This document shows positions 42,506 to 51,816 of a stretch of 64,000 bases of DNA, in pieces; position 1 is the stretch's first letter; each line of letters starts with the position of its first letter. Under the pieces are notes generated by a model that saw only the letters and a list, made by a program, of their open reading frames with translations, ran no database searches and was not told the origin of the DNA. Origin of the DNA: an uncultured Actinomycetes bacterium (GTDB lineage: Bacteria > Actinomycetota > UBA4738 > HRBIN12). The stretch is taken from the NCBI GenBank assembly GCA_963776425.1, contig CAVZMG010000002.1, positions 1,122,732-1,186,731 of the forward strand, written 5' to 3'. The position numbers and the translations under genes were made by a program.

Positions 42506-43570
42506 TCACGCGCCGGTAGCGCCCTCCGACGCCCACGCACCGAACGCGCCCCAGAACGGATCCAGCCCAGGGTGTTCCAGCGGACGCTCAACGTCACCAG
42601 CGACCAGGACGCGGCCGGCCGAACGATCCGTCACCTCACCGACCACGGCCGCGTCGATCCCCTCCTGCGCCAACGCTTGCACGTACGCGAGCGCGCGCTC
42701 CGGTACCACGGTCGCGAGCAGGCTGCCCTCGGAGATCGAGATGTAGGGATCGATCCCGACGTGGTCGCACACCGCCCGGACCTCGGGACGGAGCGGGATC
42801 TTGTCGAGCTCGACCCGCATCCCGACATCCGATGCCACCGCCACCTCGAGCAGCCCGCCGAGCACGCCCCCTTCCGTCGCGTCGTGCATCGATGTCACCC
42901 CGTGGTCGCGCAGACCGAACGCGGCCGCGATGCGCGCCTCCGGGACCACGGTCATCTGTTCGAACAAAGCGTCCGCGTGTCGCACGACGTCTTCACCGAC
43001 ACCGGCGGCCAGCCGGTCGGGGAACGTGGCGGCGAACAGGGCCGTCGCCTCGATCGCCGCCCCCTTCGTGACGACGATCAGGTCGCCGGGCCGGGCCATG
43101 GTGGGGGTCACGTAGGCGTCGGCAGGCCCCGCCGCGAGGCAGGTCGCTCCACCGACCATCGGCCAATCGCACCCGTCGTACCGCGCGGTGTGTCCGGTGA
43201 CGATGGCGACGCCGAGGTCCGTGCAGGCACGGGAGAACGCGTCCCACAGAGCCGTCAGCTCCAGATCACTGATCGAAGGAGGGAGGTTGAGGTCGACGGT
43301 CATCCATCGGAGCGGCAGGCCGCTCGTCGCCGCGTCGGACGCCAAGATGTGCACGGCGAACCAGGCGGCGCGTTCCCAACCGTAGGCCGGGACGATGAAG
43401 ACCGGATCGGTGGTGAGCGCCATCGCCACCCCGTCCGCCACTCGGACCACGCCGACGTCGACGCCGTGTTGAGGTCCGACCAGCACGTCGGCGTCGACCG
43501 CTCCCAGTCGGCGCAGGATCACCCGCTCGAACAGTTCGGGCGTGGCCTTGCCGGTTCGCTGCTCGCTCAC
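42506..43570 (-). CDS. AIR-synthase-related (PurM-like) protein, ThiL/HypE superfamily
   Basis: PurM N/C domains (GPQHGVDVGVVRV...DGVAMALTTDP ; DATEGGVLGGLLE); GTG start overlaps thiE stop. Confidence 0.55.
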   Translation of the reverse strand: MSEQRTGKATPELFERVILRRLGAVDADVLVGPQHGVDVGVVRVADGVAMALTTDPVFIVPAYGWERAAWFAVHILASDAATSGLPLRWMTVDLNLPPSISDLELTALWDAFSRACTDLGVAIVTGHTARYDGCDWPMVGGATCLAAGPADAYVTPTMARPGDLIVVTKGAAIEATALFAATFPDRLAAGVGEDVVRHADALFEQMTVVPEARIAAAFGLRDHGVTSMHDATEGGVLGGLLEVAVASDVGMRVELDKIPLRPEVRAVCDHVGIDPYISISEGSLLATVVPERALAYVQALAQEGIDAAVVGEVTDRSAGRVLVAGDVERPLEHPGLDPFWGAFGAWASEGATGA

Positions 43571-44226
43571 GAGACGAGCCCTTCCCGCGCGCGGAAGCGA
43601 TCGACGACGTCCACGAGGGCGGCCGTGGCGGCCACGGGATCGGGGGCGGAGGCGACGGCCGAGATCACGGCGACGCCCGCCGCACCCGCCTCCAGGACGA
43701 GTTCGGCGTTCGTGGCGAAGATGCCGCCGATGCCGACCACCGGCAACGAGGTCATACCGGCGAGCGAGCGGAGGCCCTCCAGACCGTGCGGGAGCGCGTC
43801 GGGTTTCGTCGGCGTCGACCACACGGTGACCCCCAGGTAGTCCGCGCCGGCCCGTTCGGCGGCTCGGACCTCCTCAGGAGCGCCGGTGCTGATCCCCAGG
43901 ACCCGATCCGGACCCAGCCGGCGCCGGGCTCGGTCCATATCGTCGCCTTGCCCCAGATGGACACCGTCGGCTCCGCTCGCGACCGCCACGTCGAGTCGGT
44001 CGTTCACCACGAACAACACGCCCGCCGCCCGGCACGCAGGGGCGAGCTCGGCCGCGATCGGCAACAGGTCGTCATCCGCAAGCTCGGGGGCGCGGAGCTG
44101 GACCGCGGTGGCACCGCCGCTGATCGCAGCCCGCAGGACGGCCGCGTGATCCCGACCGGGGATGGACGCGTTCGAGGACACGACATACACCTGAAGCCGC
44201 CGTCGGTCGTCCAGCATGCGCTCCAT
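43567..44226 (-). CDS. thiE: thiamine-phosphate synthase
   Basis: TMP-TENI family motifs (VQLRAPEL, VNDRLDVA, GADGVHLGQ, LPVVGIGGI). Confidence 0.85.
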   Translation of the reverse strand: MERMLDDRRRLQVYVVSSNASIPGRDHAAVLRAAISGGATAVQLRAPELADDDLLPIAAELAPACRAAGVLFVVNDRLDVAVASGADGVHLGQGDDMDRARRRLGPDRVLGISTGAPEEVRAAERAGADYLGVTVWSTPTKPDALPHGLEGLRSLAGMTSLPVVGIGGIFATNAELVLEAGAAGVAVISAVASAPDPVAATAALVDVVDRFRAREGLVS

Positions 44227-44229
44227 CCC

Positions 44230-44751
44230 TCAGATCGCCGCGCGCGCCCTCGCCACCGCGCGCTCGCGACGGAACTTCTTCCAGTCGCTCACCTTGACCG
44301 AGAACGCGATGTCCGTCGCGATCGACGCGACGCAGAGCACGATCAACGCCGCCGCGCTCCACCACGGCGACCCCGAGGCCGGCCAGAACGCGAGGGCGAG
44401 CAGCGGGGCGATCTTCGTCATGATGGCTCCGGACGCGTGCATCCACGCCCGGCTCCCCGGATCTGCACGGAGGTAGGTCGCGTAGTCGCTCTTGAGACCA
44501 GGCCTCGGAGGTGGAGGTCCCCCGATGAAGTAGTCGGTGAACCGGATGTCCACGAGACGACCGATCGCCCAATGCGTCGGCGAATGGAGCGACACGGTCC
44601 ATACGACACCGGCTCCCAGCACCAGGAAGCCCGCGAGGGTCGACGACGATACGGATGCGGCCGCGATCGCCGCGGCGAGTCCGGCGAGCGTTGCAGCGAA
44701 GAGCACCGTGTTGCCCACCCAGACCGGAGGCCCGTCTGTGGATGGCGGCAT
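44230..44751 (-). CDS. hypothetical 4-TM membrane protein; possibly frameshift-fused to a 62-aa soluble N-terminal segment encoded 44752-44943
   Basis: Hydrophobic ORF; upstream ORF in another frame looks protein-like for only 62 codons (MAEAGVDPTPGFTADLDRIEAAVAAGD...) and then degenerates exactly where this ORF starts. Confidence 0.4.
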   Translation of the reverse strand: MPPSTDGPPVWVGNTVLFAATLAGLAAAIAAASVSSSTLAGFLVLGAGVVWTVSLHSPTHWAIGRLVDIRFTDYFIGGPPPPRPGLKSDYATYLRADPGSRAWMHASGAIMTKIAPLLALAFWPASGSPWWSAAALIVLCVASIATDIAFSVKVSDWKKFRRERAVARARAAI

Positions 44752-45108
44752 GGAAGGCGGCGGTGTCGATCCGGCCGATCTGCTCGGCGTAGCGGTCGAC
44801 GAGGATCCGGTCCGGCTTCACCACCGCCACGATGCGCCAGAAGCCGAGGACCTTCAGGTCCGTGTCCCCGGCTGCGACAGCGGCCTCGATCCGGTCCAGG
44901 TCGGCCGTGAACCCCGGCGTCGGATCTACCCCAGCTTCAGCCATTCTCGCTGCTCCCCACCGTAGAATCGCCCCCGGACGCGCTCCTCGGCTCTCGAGCG
45001 CTTCCCCCGAGGGAGGGTTCCGCCACGTCCAAGAGCATCGCACAGCCCACGGCCCCCGGTGACACCGGAGGCTCTGCACTCGTCACGCTCGACGGCCGCT
45101 ATCACGTC

Positions 45109-46902
45109 TTGGAGCGGATCGCCGCCGGCGGGATGGGCGAGGTCTTCCGCGCGCACGACGCGGTGCTGGCGCGGGAGGTCGCGATCAAGATCCTCCATCG
45201 CTCGCTCGCCGGTGATCAGCAGTTCGTCGACCGGTTCCGACGCGAAGCGCGCGCGGCCGCAGTCCTGTCCCACCCCAACATCGTCGCCGTCTACGACTGG
45301 GGATCGGTCGAGGGCATCTACTACATGGTGATGGAGTACGTTCGCGGCCGAGGCGTTCGCGACCTGTTGAACGCGAACGGCCGCATGGAGCCGGCACAGG
45401 CCGCGGAGATCGTCCGCCAGACACTCCTGGCGCTCGAGGCCGCGCACGCGGAAGGCATCGTCCACCGAGACATCAAGCCCGAGAACATCCTCGTCACCAC
45501 CGGCGGCACGGTGAAGGTGGCCGACTTCGGGCTGGCGCGGGCCTTCGCGGATGGACGTGCCACCCAGGCCGGGACCGTCCAAGGCACGGTCCAATACCTC
45601 TCGCCCGAGCAGATCCGCGGCGAGCCCTCAGATCCCCGATCCGACCTCTACTCGCTCGGCGTCGTCACGTTCGAGCTCCTGACGGGGAAGTTGCCCTTCA
45701 CCGGCGAGACCGCGATGAGCATCGCGTATAAGCATCTCTCGGGGCGTGTCCCGCGACCGTCCTCCGTCGTCCCGAGCGTCCCGTCCGAGCTGGATGGGTT
45801 CGTACTGTCGGCGACCGACCGCGATCGCGAGCTCCGACCGGAGAGCGCCGTGGAGATGCGACGCGATCTGGAATCGATCGCGCCCACGTTGCCGCCCGCG
45901 CGATCCCTGCAGGCGGTCGTGGGCGACCTCCCGGAGGTGAGCGCGGACGGCGACCTCACCGACCGGGTGCCACTGGTCGCGGCCACCACGCAGACGATCC
46001 CCCGGGTGGAGCGAGCTCGCCGCAAGCGCGGGAAACGGTTCCTGGGGATCGTCCTGCTGATCTTGGCGCTCGCCGCCACCGCCTGGGGCGCGTGGACGTA
46101 CGTGATCCCGCACCATGCCGATGTTCCGACCGTCACCGGCCTGTCGGTGGATCAAGCGCGAGCGCAGCTCGACGGCGCTGGGTTCACGGTGAAGCTCGCG
46201 ACCGGCGTCCATCGACTGCAGATCCCGGCCGGCCACGTGGCGCTCGTTCGACCCGCGGCCGGCACGACGCTCGAACGCGGCGCGACCGTGACGCTCGTTC
46301 CCTCGCTGGGTCCTCCGCCCGTCGACGTGCCCAGCGTGATCGGGAAGACGGTCGAGGAAGCCACGCCGATCCTCGCGAAGGGGCATCTCCGACTCACCCA
46401 GACGGCCAGGTACAGCGACACCGCCCCGGTCGGCCAGATCTTCGATCAGGACCCGCGCGACGGACAGCTGCCACGCGGCGAGGCCGTGCAGGTGTTCGTC
46501 AGCAAGGGCCCGCCGCCGCGCCCGATCCCGAGCGTGGCCGGCCAGACGCAGGTCGATGCGACCACGGCCCTGCAGAGCGCCGGGTTCGACGTCAAGGTGA
46601 AGTCGAAGTTCTCGACGGACGTGGAGGCCGGGACGGTGATCCGGCAATCGCCGGCGGACGGGGTCAAGGCGGACTACGGCTCCGCCGTGACGATCACGGT
46701 CTCGTTGGGGCCCAAGCATTTCCCCGCTCCCGACTTCCGCGGGCTCTCCCGTGCGAGCGCGCAGAGCCTGGCCGATCGGTACGGGTTGCACGTGACGTTC
46801 ATCGATGCCGCGGCCTATCCCGGGACGGTCGTCACGAACCAGAGCGTCGCGGTGGGTGCCCCGCTCACGTACGGCGACCCGATCACGCTGTACCTGGTGT
46901 GA
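45109..46902 (+). CDS. Ser/Thr protein kinase with C-terminal PASTA repeats (PknB-like), TTG start
   Basis: Kinase subdomains (VAIKIL, HRDIKPENIL, DFGLA, SPEQ), TM helix (FLGIVLLILALAATAWGAW), three PASTA-like repeats. Confidence 0.9.
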   Translation: MERIAAGGMGEVFRAHDAVLAREVAIKILHRSLAGDQQFVDRFRREARAAAVLSHPNIVAVYDWGSVEGIYYMVMEYVRGRGVRDLLNANGRMEPAQAAEIVRQTLLALEAAHAEGIVHRDIKPENILVTTGGTVKVADFGLARAFADGRATQAGTVQGTVQYLSPEQIRGEPSDPRSDLYSLGVVTFELLTGKLPFTGETAMSIAYKHLSGRVPRPSSVVPSVPSELDGFVLSATDRDRELRPESAVEMRRDLESIAPTLPPARSLQAVVGDLPEVSADGDLTDRVPLVAATTQTIPRVERARRKRGKRFLGIVLLILALAATAWGAWTYVIPHHADVPTVTGLSVDQARAQLDGAGFTVKLATGVHRLQIPAGHVALVRPAAGTTLERGATVTLVPSLGPPPVDVPSVIGKTVEEATPILAKGHLRLTQTARYSDTAPVGQIFDQDPRDGQLPRGEAVQVFVSKGPPPRPIPSVAGQTQVDATTALQSAGFDVKVKSKFSTDVEAGTVIRQSPADGVKADYGSAVTITVSLGPKHFPAPDFRGLSRASAQSLADRYGLHVTFIDAAAYPGTVVTNQSVAVGAPLTYGDPITLYLV

Positions 46903-47732
46903 GGTTCGGCGCGCACGTCCGTCGCAAGACGGGCGGCATCTCCGGGGCGGTCGAGGAGTGCCGGCTCCGGGGCGCGGATGCCGCGCAGATCTTCCTCTCG
47001 AACCCGCGCGGATGGGCGGGCCCGGCGTTCTCCGTCGAGGACGCCGCCGCGTTCCGGGAAGGATGGGCTGCGTCAGGTCTCGGACCGTTGGCCGCGCATG
47101 CCCCGTACCTGGTGAACATCGCCTCGCCCGACGCCGGGTTCCTGGAGAAGTCCCGCGCGCTCGCGATCGCGTCCGTTCGCGCGTGCGACACCCTCGGCGT
47201 CGACCTGCTCGTACTCCACGCGGGCGCCGGCGGTCCGAGCGAGCCGGACGTCGCGATCGAACGCGCGGCGATCACGCTCCGGCTGACTGCCCTGGAGGCT
47301 CAGCGTGTGCGCGTGGTCGTGGAGCTGATGGCCGGCACCGCCGGCGCCGTCGCCTCGACGATCGCAGAAGCCGCCGCCTTGCTCGGAGCCGCCGATGTGG
47401 ACACGATCGGGCTCTGTCTGGACACGTGTCACCTCTTCGCGGCCGGGTACGCGCTCGATGCCGCACCGGGCGTCGACACCTTGTTCACCGAGCTCCATGG
47501 ATATGGGCTGACCGACCGGGTCGGCCTGATCCATGCGAACGACTCGCGCTTCCGGTGCGGCGAGCACCGCGACCGGCACGAGAACATCGGGGACGGCTTC
47601 ATCGGGCTCGCCGGATGGCGCGCGATCGTCGCCCGGCCGGAGCTCGCGGATCTCGCGTTGATCCTCGAGACACCCGCGGACGCCGAACGTCAAGCCGCAG
47701 ATATCGCTCTGCTCCGGTCGTTCACCGGTTAG
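46899..47732 (+). CDS. nfo: endonuclease IV (AP endonuclease, xylose-isomerase TIM barrel)
   Basis: Nfo motifs (LLVLHAG, CLDTCHLFAAGY, LIHANDS); GTG start overlaps kinase stop (GTGA). Confidence 0.9.
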   Translation: MRFGAHVRRKTGGISGAVEECRLRGADAAQIFLSNPRGWAGPAFSVEDAAAFREGWAASGLGPLAAHAPYLVNIASPDAGFLEKSRALAIASVRACDTLGVDLLVLHAGAGGPSEPDVAIERAAITLRLTALEAQRVRVVVELMAGTAGAVASTIAEAAALLGAADVDTIGLCLDTCHLFAAGYALDAAPGVDTLFTELHGYGLTDRVGLIHANDSRFRCGEHRDRHENIGDGFIGLAGWRAIVARPELADLALILETPADAERQAADIALLRSFTG

Positions 47733-48519
47733 GCGGGTGCCCGAGCGGGAACCTCGTCCCCTCGGGGAACACTAGGTCGAACCGCTCCGCGAGGATCGCG
47801 AGGAGCTCCTCGGGATCTCGCACCTCGACGCGCTCCTCTCCGTCGGGACGTTGCACGCTGAGCCAGCGCTCCCAGAGCACCAGCCGCTCCTCGGGTCCGG
47901 GCCGTTGCACGGTGACGTGCTTCACGAACGTGGATGCCGGCCAGGTCGACGTGTAGTGGTTCGCCACTTCGAAGTCGATCGGGAGCTGCGGCTGCAGGTC
48001 GAACGCATACAGGTCGATCCACACGTCGTCGTGCAGCGAGCGAACGACCTGCACCTCGTCTTCCTGCTCCAGCCGGTAGGTCCAAACGCCCTGGTCCACC
48101 GGCCCGTCGTTCCCGAACGGGATCGGATCGAGCAAGCCGTCGCCGCCGAACCCGACGTCGGCCAGCCACCGGTCTCCCCCGGCGTCGACCGCGAGCGCCA
48201 TATGGGTTCGGGCGGACGCCTCCGCCCGCCCCATCCGCACGCGGGCCGCGAGCGGGGCGACGGTGAACCCGATCTGGTCGAGGACGGCGGCGAACAGCGT
48301 GTTCTGCTCGAAGCAGTAGCCGCCGCGCCGGTCGGCGACCAGCTTCGAGTGGAGGCTGATGAGGTCCAGCCGGATCGGCCGTCCGAGGAGGATGTCCAGG
48401 TTCTCGAACGGGATCGAGACGGCGTGCGCACGATGAAGATCGCGCAGCGTGTCCGGCGTCGGCTCCAGAGGACCCTCGTAGCCGATCCGTCCCAGGTAGG
48501 CGTCGAGGTCGACCGTCAT
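47722..48519 (-). CDS. arylamine N-acetyltransferase family protein
   Basis: NAT motifs (IPFENLD, RGGYCFEQN with catalytic Cys, HMALAV); start trimmed to MTVDLDAYLGRIGY. Confidence 0.75.
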   Translation of the reverse strand: MTVDLDAYLGRIGYEGPLEPTPDTLRDLHRAHAVSIPFENLDILLGRPIRLDLISLHSKLVADRRGGYCFEQNTLFAAVLDQIGFTVAPLAARVRMGRAEASARTHMALAVDAGGDRWLADVGFGGDGLLDPIPFGNDGPVDQGVWTYRLEQEDEVQVVRSLHDDVWIDLYAFDLQPQLPIDFEVANHYTSTWPASTFVKHVTVQRPGPEERLVLWERWLSVQRPDGEERVEVRDPEELLAILAERFDLVFPEGTRFPLGHPPNR

Positions 48520-48523
48520 CGCC

Positions 48524-49147
48524 TTAGGGTTCGAGCTCGGCGCGCGGGCCTTCCTGGTAGCTGTAGCGCTCCTCGCCGAACGGCTCGGCGTGGATGTGGT
48601 AGCCCCGCACCTCCCAGAAGCCCCGTTTGTTCTTCGCGCTGAACTCGAGGCCGGTGAGCCATTTCGCGCTCTTCCACGCGTAGCGCTTCGGGACGACCAG
48701 CCGGAGCGGCCAGCCATGCTCGGCGCTCAGATCCTGACCGTTGTTCCGCCACGCGACCAACACATCCTCGTCGTCCATCGCCTGCAGGGAGAGGTTCGAC
48801 GTGTAGCCGTGCGCACAGTGCGCGATCACCCATCTGGCCTCGGCGGCCGGCTTCGCCATCTCGAGGAGCGTCCGGAAGGGGACGCCCTCCCACGTGTTGT
48901 CGAGCGTCGTCCAACCGGTCACGCAGTGCATGTCTGCACCGACCGTCACGTTCGGCAGCGCGCGCAACTCCTGGTACGACAACGTGAACGGGTTCTCCAC
49001 CAGTCCGGAGATCTCCAGATCCCAGTTCGTCCCATCGAACTTCGGGATCGGGCCGTAGTGGAGCACCGGCCAGGTCTTCACGAGCCGTTGGCCGGGAGGG
49101 ACCCGGCCCGCGATCTCCTCCGGATAACTCTTCGTGAACAGGCCCAT
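48524..49147 (-). CDS. sulfite-oxidase-family molybdopterin oxidoreductase domain protein
   Basis: Moco-binding region (HCVTGWT, GVPFRTLL), cytoplasmic SO-family topology. Confidence 0.75.
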   Translation of the reverse strand: MGLFTKSYPEEIAGRVPPGQRLVKTWPVLHYGPIPKFDGTNWDLEISGLVENPFTLSYQELRALPNVTVGADMHCVTGWTTLDNTWEGVPFRTLLEMAKPAAEARWVIAHCAHGYTSNLSLQAMDDEDVLVAWRNNGQDLSAEHGWPLRLVVPKRYAWKSAKWLTGLEFSAKNKRGFWEVRGYHIHAEPFGEERYSYQEGPRAELEP

Positions 49148-49157
49148 CAGGTCTCCC

Positions 49158-50211
49158 TCACCGTCGGTCCGCGGCGATCGAACGCCAGGCGTCGAGCGCG
49201 AACGTCAATCCTTCGTCGTCGACGTCAACGTGCGTGACCATCCGAACCTTCCCTGACACGAACGTGGCGCCCACACCGAGGTCCCGCAGCCGTCCGATCA
49301 TCTCGGCCGGCGCGACCCCCTCCGCCTCCGTGTCCACGTAGACCATGTTCGTCTCCACGGTCTGCGGATCGATCGAGCCGGGGAAGAGCTCCGCGACGCC
49401 CTCGGCGAGGCGACGAGCCCGCTCGTGATCCTCATGCAGCCGCTTGGGACCTTCCTCCAGCGCGATCAGTCCGGCGGCGGCCATGATCCCCGCCTGCCGC
49501 CACGCCCCACCGAACAGGATCTTCAGGCGGCGCGCCTCCCGGACCTGCTCGCGGGTCCCGCAGAAGAGCGACCCGATCGGAGCCCCCAGTCCCTTCGAGA
49601 CGCAGAACATCATCGTGTCCACCTCGAGCGTGAACTCCGAGACGTCGACCCCGGCGGCGACGGCGGCGTTGAAGATCCGCGCCCCGTCCAGGTGGATCGG
49701 CAGGCCGTTGTCGTCGGCCACCTTGCGGATCGCGCGGAGCTCTTCGACCGGCATCACGGTGCCGCCGGCGTGGCCCATCGTGTTCTCGACCTCGATCAGG
49801 TCGACGACCTCCACGTCGTAGAGGTCCTCCGACTCGACCAGCGTGCGCGCGAGCGCGGCCGTCATCCAGCCCTTCGGCCCCGGATCTCCCGTCCGCGCGG
49901 TGATCCCGGACAGGACGGCCGAGGTCATCATCTCGGTGCTGGCGACGTGCGCGCCGAGGGTCGCGGCCACGAGGTGACCGGCGCCGGTCACGTGCAGGCG
50001 CAGCCCGATCTGGTTCGCCATGGTCCCGGTCGGGACGTAGAGGGCTGCCTCCTTCGCGGTCACCTCCGCCGCACGCTCCTGGAGCCGGTTGACGGTGGGA
50101 TCGTCGCCGAACCAATCGTCGCCGACCTCCGCGTCCGCCATCGCGCGGCGCATCGCCGCCGATGGCGTCGTCGACGGTGTCGGAGCGTAGGTCGACGCGA
50201 GAAAGGGTCAC
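49158..50211 (-). CDS. ltaE: low-specificity L-threonine aldolase with apparent frameshift near 50170
   Basis: Body 49158..50153 is LtaE. The conserved N-terminus [13 protein letters not shown] (GTG 50211) is in another frame and joins ...[19 protein letters not shown] after a 1-nt shift. Confidence 0.8.
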
Positions 50212-50222
50212 GGCCGGCCAGC

Positions 50223-51372
50223 CTAATACAGGAACATCGGCTTGCCGTCGACGTGTCGGATCTTGGGCCGGTACTGCTCGGCGTCGTAGAGCGAGTCGAC
50301 GTCCACGCGCTTGAGCCCTTGGCGGGTGATCTCGAGAGGCACGTTCACGTAGTTGCCGTCGCGGAGCGCCACCAGCCGGCCGGTCTTGCCGGCGAGCACC
50401 AGGTCGGCCGCCATCACCGCGTAGTTGATCGCCACCATCAGATCGAGCGAGTCGGGACTCCCCGAGCGCATGAGGTAGCCGATCTGCTGGTAGATGATCC
50501 CGTCGCCGGTGATCTCCCTCAGTTGTTCGCTCGTCTGCTGGCCGACCCCGCCGAGCTTCTTGTGGCCGTACGCATCCTCGGCGCCGCCCTGCACCATCTC
50601 GCCGCCGATGAGCGTCGCGCCCTCGGAGATGGTCATCATCGCGTACCGGCTCGGGTTCGCGGCCTTGTCCGTCCATCAAGAACGAGGCGAGCCGGTCGAT
50701 GTCGAACGGCACCTCTGAGATGATCGCCCGGTCCACGCCCGAGAGGTAGGCCGCGACGAGCGACGTCTCGCCGCTGTAGCGTCCGAACACCTCGACGACG
50801 GTCAGCCGCTCGTGCGATCCGGCACTCGTTCGCAGCTGGTGGATGAAGATCACCGTCCGCGTGATCGCGGTCGAGAAGCCGATGCAGTAGTCGGTGCCGT
50901 GGACGTCGTTGTCCATCGTCTTGGGGATCGCCACGACCGGCACGCCCTCCTCGGACAGCCGCAGCGCGAACGACAGGGTGTCGTCGCCGCCGATCGGGAT
51001 CAAGGCGTCGACGCCGAGGTGATCGAGCACGCGGAGCACGTGCGCCGTGTGGTCGCGGGGACCGTCATCGGTGCGGCCGGGTGCGAGGAACGCGGGCTCG
51101 TCGACCGGCCGAACCTTGGCTGGGTTCGTCCGCGACGTGTGGAGGAACGTGCCCCCGGTCCGGTCGATCGTGCGGACCACGCCGGGGTCCAGGCGTACGG
51201 TGTTGGCGTCGAGGGACGACGGGTCGTCCGGGTTCGATTCGAGCAGGCCGGCCCACCCGCGCCGGATCCCGAGCATCTCGTGGCCCTCGGAGACCATGCG
51301 CATCGTCGCGGCCTTGATGCTGGCGTTCAACCCGGGGACGTCGCCGCCGCCGGTGAGGATGCCGACCTTCAC
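50223..51372 (-). CDS. pfkA: 6-phosphofructokinase with apparent single-base frameshift near 50668-50672
   Basis: N-terminal 233 aa ([17 protein letters not shown]...) and C-terminal 138 aa (..[18 protein letters not shown]..) in different frames. Reading gacgGacaag as gacgacaag restores [21 protein letters not shown]. Confidence 0.8.
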
Positions 51373-51408
51373 AGGTGCCGACCTGAGGGGAGGCTCGCCT
51401 GGCTCAGG

Positions 51409-51585
51409 TCAGCCCTCGTCGCCCTCGTCGTCCTCGGCCTCGTCTCCCTCGGCTTCGAGCTCCTCGGCGCGGCGTTTGAGCACCTCGTACCACTCGGACT
51501 CGTACGCATCGACGTCGGCGACCGACTTCGGGGTCGAGCCGTCGTCCTCGCGCTCTTTCTCGGTGTCTTCCGTGGGTGTCTCCAT
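51409..51585 (-). CDS. small acidic protein (58 aa from METPTEDTEKERE...), hypothetical
   Basis: ORF with very acidic C-terminus (EELEAEGDEAEDDEGDEG); no clear SD. Confidence 0.25.
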   Translation of the reverse strand: METPTEDTEKEREDDGSTPKSVADVDAYESEWYEVLKRRAEELEAEGDEAEDDEGDEG

Positions 51586-51816
51586 GAGCGGACAGCATAG
51601 CTCCGCATCCGCCCCGAGGTCGGAGCGTTGCCCCCGAAGGATATGCGCGACCCTCACGGTAGGATGATGATGACGTGCTGGCGACCTGGGGATTCCTGGA
51701 GTGGTTCTTCGCAGCGATGCTCACCGCACTCGTCGGAGCCGTGAGCCTCTTCGCCTTGTTCGTGGCGGTGCAGCTGTTCCGCAACCCGGCGCGACACCCG
51801 CGCACGCGCCTGTAGA

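Noticed and set aside
44940-45060. Possible TPP riboswitch upstream of the thiE-containing gene string (ACCUGGACCGGAU... resembling the pyrimidine-sensor helix)
   Set aside because: No CUGAGA box in the correct order relative to the GGGG element. The sequence also reads as a plausible protein N-terminus. Does not fit thi-box architecture.
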